From the NCBI RefSeq assembly GCF_964204645.1, contig NC_134035.1, positions 12,556,451 through 12,620,450 on the forward strand: 64,000 nt of DNA. The letters run 5' to 3'. The translations under genes were made by a program, and so were the position numbers. The DNA is from Tubulanus polymorphus (Eukaryota > Animalia > Nemertea). How positions within the stretch are numbered: the stretch's first letter is position 1; every line of letters begins with the position of its first letter. The notes under the pieces were generated by a model that saw only the letters and a list, made by a program, of their open reading frames with translations, was not told the origin of the DNA and made no database searches. Of the stretch, positions 12,301 through 30,700 are shown one piece after another.

Positions 12301-15300
12301 AAAGATTCATAAGATTGTTTATACGATGTGTGCCTCTTATAACATATTTACAGATATGAACTGCTTCATACAGCGACCGGAAGACTGGAGACTGATGGTA
12401 TTTTCGGTATACTGTACACAGTCGTCTCTAACCAATCTCTACAAACATTTACAAGAATCAAAGTGATAACTTCATGTACCGATGAACCTCCTAAATCAAG
12501 TATGTGCGCTATTATTTTAAATTTCAAATGATCATTTCGTCAATATGCATCGAGGTATCAATGATCGAAAACCTACAATATTAACGATATAGCTGTTATT
12601 GTTTTTGCCTTATTTCGTCTGGAATCCTTCAGGTCGTCTTCAGAGTTTTTTTTGGATAATAGATAAAAGGATTCCACCCGAAACGTAAGGAAAAAACAAT
12701 GGGGTGGCTCCACTAAGGATATATACCTGCATACGTCGCAAAAAAAAACAAAACCCGATTGAAATAGCGGTGTGAAATATCTAAAGACGTGAAGGAATTG
12801 GGTGGGTGGTTTAGATTAAGAGTCTATGAGAAACGACTAACATGGGCTAGTTGATGAAAAGTTGATTTACGTTTATTTGAACCAACTGTTGAGTAACAGT
12901 TAAATAACTGCTCAGCCTTGGTTCTCAGCTAATAGAGCATCGGCCTGTGTCTGCCTTCGTCAATATTCAAGTAATCATCCATTTAACTCATAAATGTTTT
13001 GTCTTCTTGACAGCTGAAAAATTCTATATCCCTCTGAAGCCGCCGTCGTGGACTGAAGTGGTCAATGGTGTTAATGGTCTGGATGCAGATGGATATGGAC
13101 GGGCGAAATATTGTACAGTTAAACACAGAGTAGCGATTGTAGTGCCGTATAGAAACAGAGAAAAACAACTGAGAACTTTCCTCGCTCATATTCATCCGTT
13201 TCTACAGAAACAACCTATCGAATATCGAATATTTATCGTTGAACAGGTAGGTGAATAGCTCGAGCAGTTTTATCATTTATCTACCAGCAGCGAATAAGCT
13301 GTAAATTCAGATTTTAAGGGTTGAAATCCTGCCTGGAAGGTGTAGTTTGAGTCGTGTGTTTAAGCTGTATAACCACTGAACTAGCAAGTAACCTAATCGT
13401 TGGTGGTAAGCTTTTTTAATCGGATGGGCTTATACCGAGAATGTGGTTTGTGAAAATATCCGATCGTGATACTAGTGATTAGGATTAGTTCATGGTCTAC
13501 TGGTTAGCACGCTTGCTTTGTATGTACAGCATCCAGGTTCGAACCCGTTTTTACTCGGAAGTTACGATATTTGTTTTTTCTTTTTCAAGAACAAAGGAAA
13601 CAGTTTCAATCGAGGAATGCTGATGAATATCGGATTTGCTGAAGCGAGTAAATCGTACGATTTTACGTGTTTCATATTTCACGATGTCGACCTGTTGCCT
13701 ATTGATAGTAGAAATCTGTATATATGTAACAGTGACCCGACTCATGTGTCTGTCGCAATCAACATCTTTAACTACACGTATGTATAAATATCAAGTCCTA
13801 TATTAACAACTGTTACAGACAGTGTCTCACTACTGCCTAGAGCTCCAGAAGACCCCTTCCAATCCAGACTAACCGGCCTAAAGTTCCAAGACTCCGTCAA
13901 ACCCTACACTACTACCTACAAGTTCCGCAGTTATACTAGCAACTTCCACAAAAAAGGTTTCTTCTACCACTCCAAGACTTCTCCCAAACCCTCGACTGCC
14001 CCTACAGCTCCAAGACTTCTCCCAAACCCTCGACTGCCCCTACAGCTCCAAGACTTCTCCCAAACCCTCGACTGCCCCTACAGCTCCAAGACTTCTCCCA
14101 AACCCTCGACTGCCCCTACAGCTCCAAGACTTCTCCCAAACCGTCGACTGCCCCTACAGCTCCAAGACTTCTCCCAAACCCTCGACTACTCCTACAGCTC
14201 AAAGACCAAAACCTTAGACTCCTACAATTTCCGGAATGTCGAATGATGATGCTTTCATATGTATATAATGTGGTTTTCCATTGATAATCTAGATTACCGT
14301 TTGCTGAGATTTACGGGGGCGTGAATTCCTTCAAAAAGGAACATTTTGAGCAAGTGAATGGATTTTCAAACAAATACTGGGGCTGGGGAGGTGAAGATGA
14401 CGATCTAAGATACAGGTACTAAATGATAACGAATTTCTATGTTTCGAGTAGAAGCGTTGATAACCATTGAATATTCATATCTGACGATGGTTCGACGCTT
14501 TCTATCTGTATCTACATTCATCTCTCGTTCATGATATTTTCACACAGAGTATTACGTAATGGTTTCAAGTTGAGAAGACCCCCCGCGGAGATAGCCCGGT
14601 ACGACATGATAAAACATAAGAACAACCCCGACGTCAACCAGCGCAGGTCAGTATAACGTCCATTGTCGATGAATTGTGACGTTCGTCCAAGTTATTTACA
14701 AATCACAATGAACTAATAGAACATGGTCTTTTTTTATCATAACTTTACCGACTACGATTTTTCAAACATTTTTACATTTTTTTACTGAGGATAAATTCTA
14801 GAAATATGATGCATCCGTAAATTTATCAGTGAAATTATAGTACGAAAGATCAATACTATCATTTTTATTGTTTATTTGATTATTCATCATTGAATTTATG
14901 GTGTATTTATTCTTTTATTTGTATATTGTAGGCACGAATTGTTGTATTCGGGAAACCTTCGAGAACGAACTGATGGACTCAACACACTCAAATATACAAT
15001 CACAAACCGCGAAAACCTTGAACTATTCACCTTGATCAAAGTAGAAATACACGAAGACATTCAGAAGAATAAAACCAAAAATGCACCGAATGTTACTCAG
15101 AAAGCTAAGAAAAATGTTACTCAGAAAGCTAAAGTGGAAGTAACGGAACTTGCTACCGAACCCAAAGCCGATGAGGTGTCTGTAAAAGATGAAAAGCAGA
15201 AAACCACCAAAGCGGTTAAAACAAACGAGTTAAAAAATGTTATTAACAAGAAAATGGCAGAACATGTAAAAAACGTTAAACCGACAGGAGAAATAATAGA

Positions 15301-16597
15301 AAATACCCGGGATAATAAGAAAATGGTAAGCGCGATAACTGATAGGAATGAGACACCAAAACGTAGGAAAAACATTGAAGTGAAAAGTAAGACGCCTCTA
15401 AAATCTACGAAAGTAACAAAACATGTTAAACACAAGAAGATGGATGATACGGCTGAAATAAAGAAAGAGGTTGTAAGAGATAGTAAAGAAATGCAGAAAG
15501 TTGCTGTACAAGATGCAACTGATAGTATAGACAAGAAAACTGATACTACGACAAAATCCAACGATAGAATAGAAACGACAAAATATGGAAACCAAGTTAA
15601 AAAAATCGTTATTGAAAACGGCGGACCGTTGAAAATTCTTACGGACAAGACATCAACATCTAGAACGAGAATTGATGCGAAAAAGGAGGTTTCTACTGAA
15701 ACTGTAGGTTCTATAGAAACCGAGTTGAATAAACAGATGTCTAAACATAACGAGATTGGGAAAAAGGAAGCTTCGATAAACATAGAAAATGCGAAAACAA
15801 CTGAAGTTACTGGGAAAATTGAGAAAGCTAGGAATAATATACCTTCGAAATACGTAGAAAACAGAAATACGAAAAAAGTCGAGTTGAAGAAAGAGGTTAC
15901 TGATGATAAAGAGAATGTCGACGCAAAGAAACATAGAAAGCAAGTTAATCTACAGGGAAATGTATCTGAAAACAAAATGGATGAGAGAAAACAGCCATCG
16001 GAAAAATTGGAAAAACCTGCGCTTGAGAATAGAATGCAAACTGGTTCTGTTAACAAAGGAGCAGGCAATGAGACGAAGGGAAATCAGCCTGCGAAAACCA
16101 TAGGTAAAGAGCCAGCTAAGGATAGAATGGTTTTAAACAAAGAGTCTCCTGAAAATGGAAAGATCGAAAAAACGAAACCTACGAAACGCACAATAAACAC
16201 TAAGTCTAAAATTCCAGATGAAAATGTTATTGTAAATAAGAAGGCGGTTAAGAAAGAAGAGGGAAAGGATACACGGGAAAAGATGGTAAGGAATCGAACA
16301 GATTCGAAGAATGTCAAAGAAGAGAAACCTTCAAAAACTGCAGAAACCGTGAGGCCTAAAAACACAAGTGAAAATAAAATGAAGGAAACGGCTAAAAAGC
16401 TGAGAAATGAAAAACAAGAGCCTTCAAAAGATGTGAACGAATCGACTCCTAAGAATACGAAGGAAGTCGAAGTGAAGAAAGTTGTGGAGGACGCGTCGAA
16501 AAATAAAACTGACGCAAATCGTGAAAATGCAAAGATCGTTGAAAGAGTTACAAAAACGAAAAATACTGCAGACGAAAATGTGGAAAAGAAACACTGA
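9361..16597 (+). CDS. Tandem-domain GT7 glycosyltransferase (beta-1,4-N-acetylgalactosaminyltransferase, bre-4-like): TM anchor, degenerate GT7, intact GT7, long charged tail; ~1101 aa
   Basis: Exons 9361-9480, 10047-10110, 10209-10459, 11126-11316, 11393-11512, 11784-11888, 12354-12499, 13014-13246, 13590-13777, 14293-14415, 14548-14646 and 14932-16597 are all GT-AG and phase-compatible, totalling 3306 nt. Exon 1 encodes the signal-anchor LILFAFLVLISYLSLF. Domain 2 has VPYRNR, FNRG, FHDVD, WGWGGEDDD, MIKH and DGLNTL. Confidence 0.88.
10630..10788. mobile_element. Small hairpin/MITE-like inverted repeat in a GT7 intron
   Basis: gtcaagtgctgcctc...gttggcggtaaattt pairs imperfectly with aatttcaccgctaac...gaggcagcacttgac. 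Confidence 0.6.
13970..14206. repeat. Minisatellite, 38-bp unit, ~6 copies (intronic)
   Basis: The unit ctccaagacttctcccaaaccctcgactgcccctacag is repeated in tandem. Confidence 0.95.
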
Positions 16598-18854
16598 AAG
16601 ATAAAAATGACGTTGAAATTAAGAAGACAGTCGGAAAGTAAGCAACATTCGATGAACACGGACAAATTAACACGGAAAGGTTTAGAAGATATTTTAGCGA
16701 TGAATGACACTTTTAAAAGTGAAGGGGGTTGACCGAAAACAGTAAATGGTGCTTGTAATTTCGATCGAAGATATTGTCGTATATTTTTACACGAATTTCG
16801 TGATTTGAACTCATTTTAAATGAATTATCGCCGCATATTGGTGGCAGTTTTAATCGATGTTTTATGCTATGTACAATAATTGTCTAAATCATTTCATACA
16901 ATGTATGACGAATATACATTCTAATATTTCATATTAAGTTGTTGCGTTTTTCTCACGATACATTCTTGTTATGGTCGGGTTTGACCTTTGTTTTTGTTTT
17001 ATGAGGTAATGCGTGTCGTTCGCGTGGAATTAACTGATCATCGTGTTTTACGGGTGTCGGGTAGGAGGAGTGTATGTCGGGTCATTAGTGTCCGATCGCA
17101 TCTATGCGATGGTCAACTCACAATTAATACCGCTGTTCTTATCCGCGAGTGTAACGATAAACAACCGACATCGGTAGCGTTACTACCGAGCAGCACGCAA
17201 CGAGTCATGTCGCGAGTCCCATATGAACAAGAAAATAACACACTAATGCCGACTATCATCCAAGGCCAGGAATGTATCTGAGAGGTAGTTTTGGGGGTCT
17301 TATTGTCAAGAGAGAGATCCATAAAATCCCGGACAGGCCCATAAAATACCCCTCCCCCTGCTTCGCTCCCGACAGGTGCGGTGGGTCTGTAAGGGACACT
17401 CAATCAAAGAGAAAGTCAAACGAAACTACCAACCAAACAAATAACAGGGTTAATCCCTATTTCAAGATCAAAACCTGAACTCGGAGATTGTGCCTTTCGG
17501 GTGGATTTCTTCATATATATCTAACTCCTGATGGATGAAGCTGCGTGTGGACTTCTTGCTCTATCCGAGCAATACCCTTCCTTTTCTTTCAGATCCCCGA
17601 CATACAAATTTCTCTTGCTCCGCCTCTGAAAGGGTTTATTCTAGGTCAGCTAGCGGTCGGTCAACTACCCGAACGTATGTGACAACGAGTTAAATATTCA
17701 TATGAATTTTTACAAAAAAAAACGTCAGGAATTAACTTGAGGTCTTGCATTGGCGTCACTGCAACTAACGATTAAGAAGTGAAATCACGTACAGACATGA
17801 TTAGAACAGTAAAATTGCGCGCACTCACAGGGGATTGAACCCGTCGCCAATGGTGTAGAACTAGTTCACTTGACGTTTGACTTAACTGATGTACCAGTCT
17901 GCGCTAGACACCCTTGACCAAAGGTCACCGACTGGGCATGATGAATAGATGTTTCAATAACTAAAAACTCACTATTAACATATAAAAAGATTGAAAACCA
18001 AATTCATTTTCATTGCAGAACAAAAATTTGAATCTGAAAAAATGACGTTTTGGACTTTTGGTATATATATATATATATATACGTTCGAACATTATCTTCA
18101 CGACTCTTACACAAGAATTCCTCTTACGTTATTCTCATTGTGATTTTTCTGCACACGGAGCTCGTTAATGATTAAATGTCGTCGCAGGCTACATTATTCC
18201 CGTAACTAGAAGAGGGAACTGTCACTTGACGAGCTTTTCAAACATGTATGGCGCTATTTACAGGACGCCGACAACGAAACCTAAATAATTCATTTCTCGT
18301 TTATTTTGCTGTTGTCTTCATGTCGTATTTTTATTCGCTCGATTCCGCCACGGGATCAGAGGCCGATATTCTGCGTATGTTGTTAATTGCCACCTACAAG
18401 TTTTATCCGAGGTTTTACGAATAGAGGCACCACCACTCACTAGCAATCCCGATCGCTGATTGGTCTTCGGGCTTCTTATCTGTCGGATTTCACGTACGGA
18501 TTCGTCAGAATTTAGAAAGCAAAGAAACAAGGACCAGAGAAGGAAAGGAAGACCAGGTTAGTTTCATCATGAACTCGTTTTAGAGTCCATGGTTTCATCA
18601 ATGTATTCGTTCATTGTTTATGCAATTTAATATAGTTTCCGACGAGTTTTTCTAAATGTTTTTGAATAGGAATTAGGTCGGTATGGAGTAGTTTAAGTAT
18701 CGTTTACTGGTCTCTCGTCAATCTGATCGAATACAGTTAATTCTGAAGGTTTTTTAAAATATTTTTTTGAACGGGAATCGGATCAGCGATCACGAAATCA
18801 TGGATCATGGAATGGTTTTAACTATCGGTCACTGAGATCGGTCACGATGAGATA

Positions 18855-18980
18855 TTTGGGTTCGAATCCCGGTGATGTTGACAGAATTCCGAGGTCGAAG
18901 GCTTCTCCTGCCTTAATTAAAAAATTAATCGAAAAAATTGCACCTGCTAATAATACCCTGAGTGCGTCTCAGCGGGTTGA
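18855..18980 (+). mobile_element. tRNA-derived SINE fragment
   Basis: B-box-like ggttcgaatccc is followed by a body resembling 57825-57950 (ggttcgaataccgg...gtcgaagg...ctgctgataatacac). No complete cloverleaf is present. Confidence 0.45.
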
Positions 18981-19973
18981 AAAAAAAATGAATAGAATTA
19001 ACGTCATAAGACTTTTCATAGGGCTTCGATAGAAGATGTACAACCACATAGGCCCAGTCTATACCTAAACTAAAACAAGACAACGCGCATATAGATGTTC
19101 TGTTCGTGACGTCATAGTTTGTTTGACTGCCTGAAAAACAAAATTGTGAGTTAAAAATATCGGGAATCTGTCGTGTAAATCTCGCATTGTATTGACGGTC
19201 AATATGACGTCGGTCAAGTGATGACAGCACATGGCCGCACTCTACTTAATGACTTTGGCCTTCATACAGAAATTACGAAAATAGAAGTTTAAAAAAACGT
19301 TTTGAAAAAACGAAACATTTGGGATTTACTATTTTCCGTTCGTTGTAGATTATGCTTTATTGATTCAGTTCATTTATTGAACCAAAAAACCGTGTAATTG
19401 GGAGATAGATCACGTTAACGGATATTAGAAAAAACATAGTTTCTCGGACGTTCAAACATCCATTACGGGACGTAAATATACTTTCAAATGATGATCTGGT
19501 CTTCTGGGATTCGAACCTAATCGACCGGTTGGGCGTAATATGCAATTTACTCATTTGCGGAACCTATTCGCATTACGCATGTTCTATTCGCATGTTCTAA
19601 AAAATTCTGTAATCTGAGTCGAGTTGCAAAATCGTTACTCAATTTCAAAAATTGTGGTCATAAATTGCCACATAGGCGAGTGGGCTGGTCGTAAATGTAA
19701 ACTTGACAACGCGTCTGGCTCTTGGGTATTTCCTGTAAACTCTAGATGATCCCGTAATATGCCGATCGCTGAACTACCGAGACAATCATCCGAAAAAATC
19801 ATCCGCAAATTTGTTCTTAATAACTTCTTTCCGCGCGAGAGCAACACAATCGAAAAGACAAAAACTGCTCTTATTTATTGTAGTCGGATTTATTTTCTAT
19901 TCTCGTATTACTAGATTGTTCTCTTCGTTATTCTAGACAACGACGGCAACAAGTAACACAAGAAGAAGAAATT

Positions 19974-26282
<6,309 letters not shown>

Positions 26283-26469
26283 TCCTCGAACTTGATATTG
26301 CACAATTTGATTAATCCTGATGAGATTTTAAGCGGTCTTTTTGTTCATTCAATTTTTCTAAACATAAAACCTCACAAAAACGATGTTTGATAAATGATTA
26401 TGTCTTTATTGTGGTTCTCTCTAATCGTTCACTGTAAAAACTAAGAACATATCTTGAACACTACTTAGA

Positions 26470-26660
26470 ACATTTTCAGTTGAGTAGAGTTTTGGAACAC
26501 TTAAATCATGGAACACCTGTGGGAACATTACGAGAACTCCTTTTGGGAACATACTCTTAGAACTCTGGAACACCAGTGGGAACACTGCAAGAACACCTTT
26601 TGGGAACACACTTGTAGAACTCCGGAACGCCTGAGGGAACATTGCAAAACTCAACACATT
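26470..26660. repeat. Subterminal repeats of the EnSpm element
   Basis: Multiple (g)gaaca(c/t) motifs, with inverted counterparts (gtgttc/tgttc) at ~36015-36165. Confidence 0.75.
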
Positions 26661-26742
26661 CCCGGCAGAAAAACCAAAAAGATGAGATTAATCTTGAAAT
26701 CCAAAATTTTATTATTTTGAATTAAAATTGTCAAAAAGGAAG

Positions 26743-27121
26743 TATCAAAATTCTTAACCAATGTATTTGGCCACAATAAGCGTAAATCAAATACATACAC
26801 GCTCTTTTTAAGAGAATGCTGCCTTTTAATAGCTGCATTAGCACATGTCATTCACATGGTAAAATATATATCTGACTATCTCAGTCAGCATCACTAAAAA
26901 ACATAATAAAATGTATCTGGTTTCTTTGTGCACAAACTCCATTGAATCAAAATCCTTAACCAATGTATTTGGCCACAATAAGCGTAAATCAAATACATAC
27001 ACGCTCTTTTTAAGAGAATGCTGCCTTTAAATAGCTGCATTAGTACATGTCATTCACATGGTAAAATATATATCTGACCATCTCAGTCTGCATCACTAAA
27101 AAACATAATATAATATATCTG
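26743..27121. repeat. Direct duplication of ~175 bp within the transposon 3' region
   Basis: atcaaaat(t/c)cttaaccaatgtatttggccacaataagcg...catcactaaaaaacataata occurs twice, at ~26743-26917 and ~26946-27121. Confidence 0.9.
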
Positions 27122-27419
27122 AACAGTTCAGCCTTAAGCGTGAAATAAAAACACAATCAAAGAAGAGCATATATAGTTCAAGCAAATTCAAAATTCTGCC
27201 GATTTTCCAGGTTTATTTCTTTTCTGAATGCGCATTTTCTAGTTCATCTAAATGATAATATCTCCACTCATCCAAGCCAAAGTGGCTAACTTTTCAATCA
27301 TTGATTCATATCTTTGAGAAAAATCACTTAGAAAATCCCTTACATATCCCCTGAAATGAAATTCCTAACAGTTACCGCCTATACAGAAATGTAGTTTTAT
27401 AGCATACAGTTTTAGTGAA

Positions 27420-27640
27420 AAATTATTATTGAAGATGAAATTTGACCCTGAAATTAAAGATCGCCTAAGTGGAGCAAATGTTGTGGCCTTTTAAAGTGAG
27501 TAGGGTCAGGATGAATGAATTAATGAATGCCTCGTAGAATCACACTGACCCTTCTCACTTTAAAAGGCCACAAAATCTGCTCCACCAAACTGATCTTTTA
27601 AATCTCACTGTCAGATTTCAATTCTAATATTGTATTTTTA
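27420..27640. mobile_element. Hairpin MITE-like inverted repeat inside the EnSpm element
   Basis: gtggagcaaatgttgtggccttttaaagtgagtagggtcag pairs with ctgacccttctcactttaaaaggccacaaaatctgctccac. Confidence 0.7.
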
Positions 27641-27701
27641 CTCAAACTACTCATTAGTTTACCAAGGCTGGATTTTCCAGGAATTCAACTACATGTATTA
27701 T

Positions 27702-30700
27702 TTAACTACATGTAAAATGGCTGAATAATTTGGCCGTTCTATTGCCTTTACGACAATTTTCTTGAAATAGAACTGCCTGAAAGAATGATAGGGACTCCTT
27801 GAAAGGTCTCGGATAGTTCAGGTCAAAAATGTAGTACAATACCAGTGTTGCCAGTAATGCTAACTTGATTCCGGATAGATCTTTGTAGGTGGTACAATCG
27901 ATAAGCACTGTTCCGATAGAAAGAAAATATTGCGCATACGATACCCCATCACCAACCACAACAATACTTGGGAATGCTGAATTTTCTGAATTGCTGGTCT
28001 TTCCAAAGTCCACTTCCTAAAAATACCAATACTGTAACCATAAAAACATTGTATGAGATTTTGACTATCCTTAAATTCAAGTCAGAGAAATGTTTTAAAT
28101 ACCAGAAATATTTTAAGTACCAGATATTTTCATAATTAGCTCAAGCTTAGGCAAATGAACTTACGTCAACAACGGAAATTATACAACGTGAATAATTGTA
28201 GCTTGTTTCCTTGTGTACAAACTCAATCAAAGCAATCTGATGCTGATCCTCCTAGAATGATAAATACGTAGGTTTAGAATACATATACTGTATAGGCGCG
28301 TTTAGACGACATTATTTAGATGGGTCTAAATTAGGACAGAACTAAATCTGTGTGTGTGCCGTGGAGAGAAACTGGTACTAGGAGCCGGTCTAAATCGTAC
28401 TCTGCAATATCAATTCAATTGTATCGTCAGCAATTACTTATCAAGCCTATTAATATAGTTTTAAGATTTCATATAATTTCTTTACTACCTAAAATTAATG
28501 TGTACGCTAACGGATTATTATTTATCTTAAAATCTCAGCGTATGTTGATAGTTGAATAGATATCCCTATAAATTGTTCTGGAAAATACCTAGAATCTATT
28601 ATAGGTTGATGTGTCCAGATATATGGTACACTGCGTCAAAATTGTTCAAATAAAAAACTGCCAGGGAATCATAAATCTATGATCATTTACATAAATTTTG
28701 GGGTAAAATACTCATGGCGACATCCTGTGGGCCCAGTGCGGACCGATTTAGACCGGTCTAACTAGTTGTCGTGTGAACGCAGCTATATAGATTTAGCCAT
28801 GTGTTGAAACATGGACAAAATGTTGAAGCTAACAGATGAAAATAGCAGGATTACATTATCCAAGCAGAACTCTTCAAAGTGTACTTCGTAATTTAAAAAA
28901 TCAACATCAATCGGGCTAGGCGACTTACGCTAATATCTCCATTCATCATAGCCAAAGTGGCTAACTTTTCTAACATTGATTCATATCTCTGAGAAAAATT
29001 ATGTAGAAAGTCCCTTGCATATCCCATCAAATGAAATTCCTCGAAAATCTAAAAATATCCAAAACAAACTTTACAACCAAATAAATCTTATTTGATGTGG
29101 AAATTTCAAAATCAAAGATATTTGCACTCACATAATCTAAATGTTGAAAAAATTTATACTTTTGCATGAAGAAAAGTATATCGCCTGAATTTCTTATTTC
29201 CTGTCGACGCTGCGCTAGTGTGGCCTTCATCAGTTTGAATATCTTTGGTCGGTCCAACAATCGCTTTTCTCCTAACATAGCAAGGTCAGCTTGGTCTAAG
29301 AGATTAAAGAAAAGAGGCATCTGAACTCAATTCACATTAATACATTTCATATACTTTGGAATCATTCTTACCACTTTTTGAGACTTCAGAAGGACTCAGG
29401 TCTTCAGCTAAAACACCAACGGGCGACGGAGACTCCTGACTCAAAGCACCGCAAACTAAAAGAGACTCGTCTGTTTTAATATCATACCATAATCTGAATA
29501 GAATTTCGTCAATCATATATACAACTAAACCATTATTTCAGATAACTACCTGACGCTTTAACAGCTTCGCAAGAACTCCAGTCTTCGTTTAAAAAACCAA
29601 CAGGTGACGGAGACTTCTGACTCAAACCACGGCAAGCTAAAAGAGACTCATCTAATTAGATGCGGTAATTGGATTGGAATTTTATCAGGAACAACAACGA
29701 ACTATTCATTTTATAACTACCTGATGCTTTAACAGCTTCGCAAGAACTCCAGCCTTCGTTTAAAAAACCAACAGGTGACGGAGACTCCCGACTCATACCA
29801 CAACGACCTAAAAGAGACTCATCTAATTAGATGCGGTAATTTGATTGGAATTTTATCAGGAACAACAACGAACTATTCATTTTATAAATACCTGACGATT
29901 TAAGAGCTTCGCAAGAACTCCAGTCTTCGTTTAAAAAAACAATAGGTGACGGAGACTCCCGACTCAAACCACAACGACCTAAAAGAGACTCATCTAATTA
30001 GATGCGGTAATTTGATTGGAATTTTATCAGGAACAACAACGAACTATTCATTTTATAACTACCTGATGCTTTAACAGCTTTGCAAGAACTCCAGTCTTCG
30101 TTTAAAAAACCAACAGGTGACGGAGACTCCCGACTCAAACCACAACGACCTAAAAGAGACTCATCTAATTAGATGCGGTAATTTGATTGGAATTTTATCA
30201 GGAACAACAACGAACTATTCATTTTATAAATACCTGACGCTTTAACAGCTGTGAAAGAACTCCGGTCTTCGTCTAAACCACCAACAGGCGACGACGGAGA
30301 CTCCCGACTCAAACCACGGCAAGCTAAAACAGATTCATCTGTTTTAATATCATACCATATTTCATTAATAATACATACATGTACGACTAAACTATTATTT
30401 CATAAAATTACCTGAAACCTTAACTGCCTTCCTGTAACTACTGCTAGCTGACGTATTATCTCTCTTCTTTCTGTAGTGCCGAATGTGTCTCACTTTCATA
30501 CTTAACGATTTCTTAAAAGCCACCTTAATCAAACAAAATCTAAGCACAATAGGACAGGTGCTAAGAAGACCTAGTTTGGTCATATGATAGACCCTTCTAT
30601 TTCACATTCTCATATGAAATATGAAAGATCTACATGGAATATTATATCAGGTAATATCAAAATTGTGCATTTTCAGAAACCAAGATGGTCACCAGGCGGC

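Noticed and set aside
12500-13013. Two separate GT7 genes
   Set aside because: There is no stop after domain 1 and no second ATG/TM exon in the 514-bp gap, and the splice phases match. One gene is more parsimonious, pending RNA evidence.
13490-13550. tRNA genes at tRNA-like motifs (also ~8300, ~17830, ~18860)
   Set aside because: Only A/B-box-like pieces are present without a complete cloverleaf; SINE remnants are more likely.
15121-16710. Long Phe/Ser/Leu-rich minus-strand ORFs (315 and 208 aa)
   Set aside because: They are antisense mirrors of the Lys/Glu-rich tail exon.
26421-26720. WEH-repeat ORF and its antisense ORF
   Set aside because: They are translations of the transposon subterminal ggaacac repeats.
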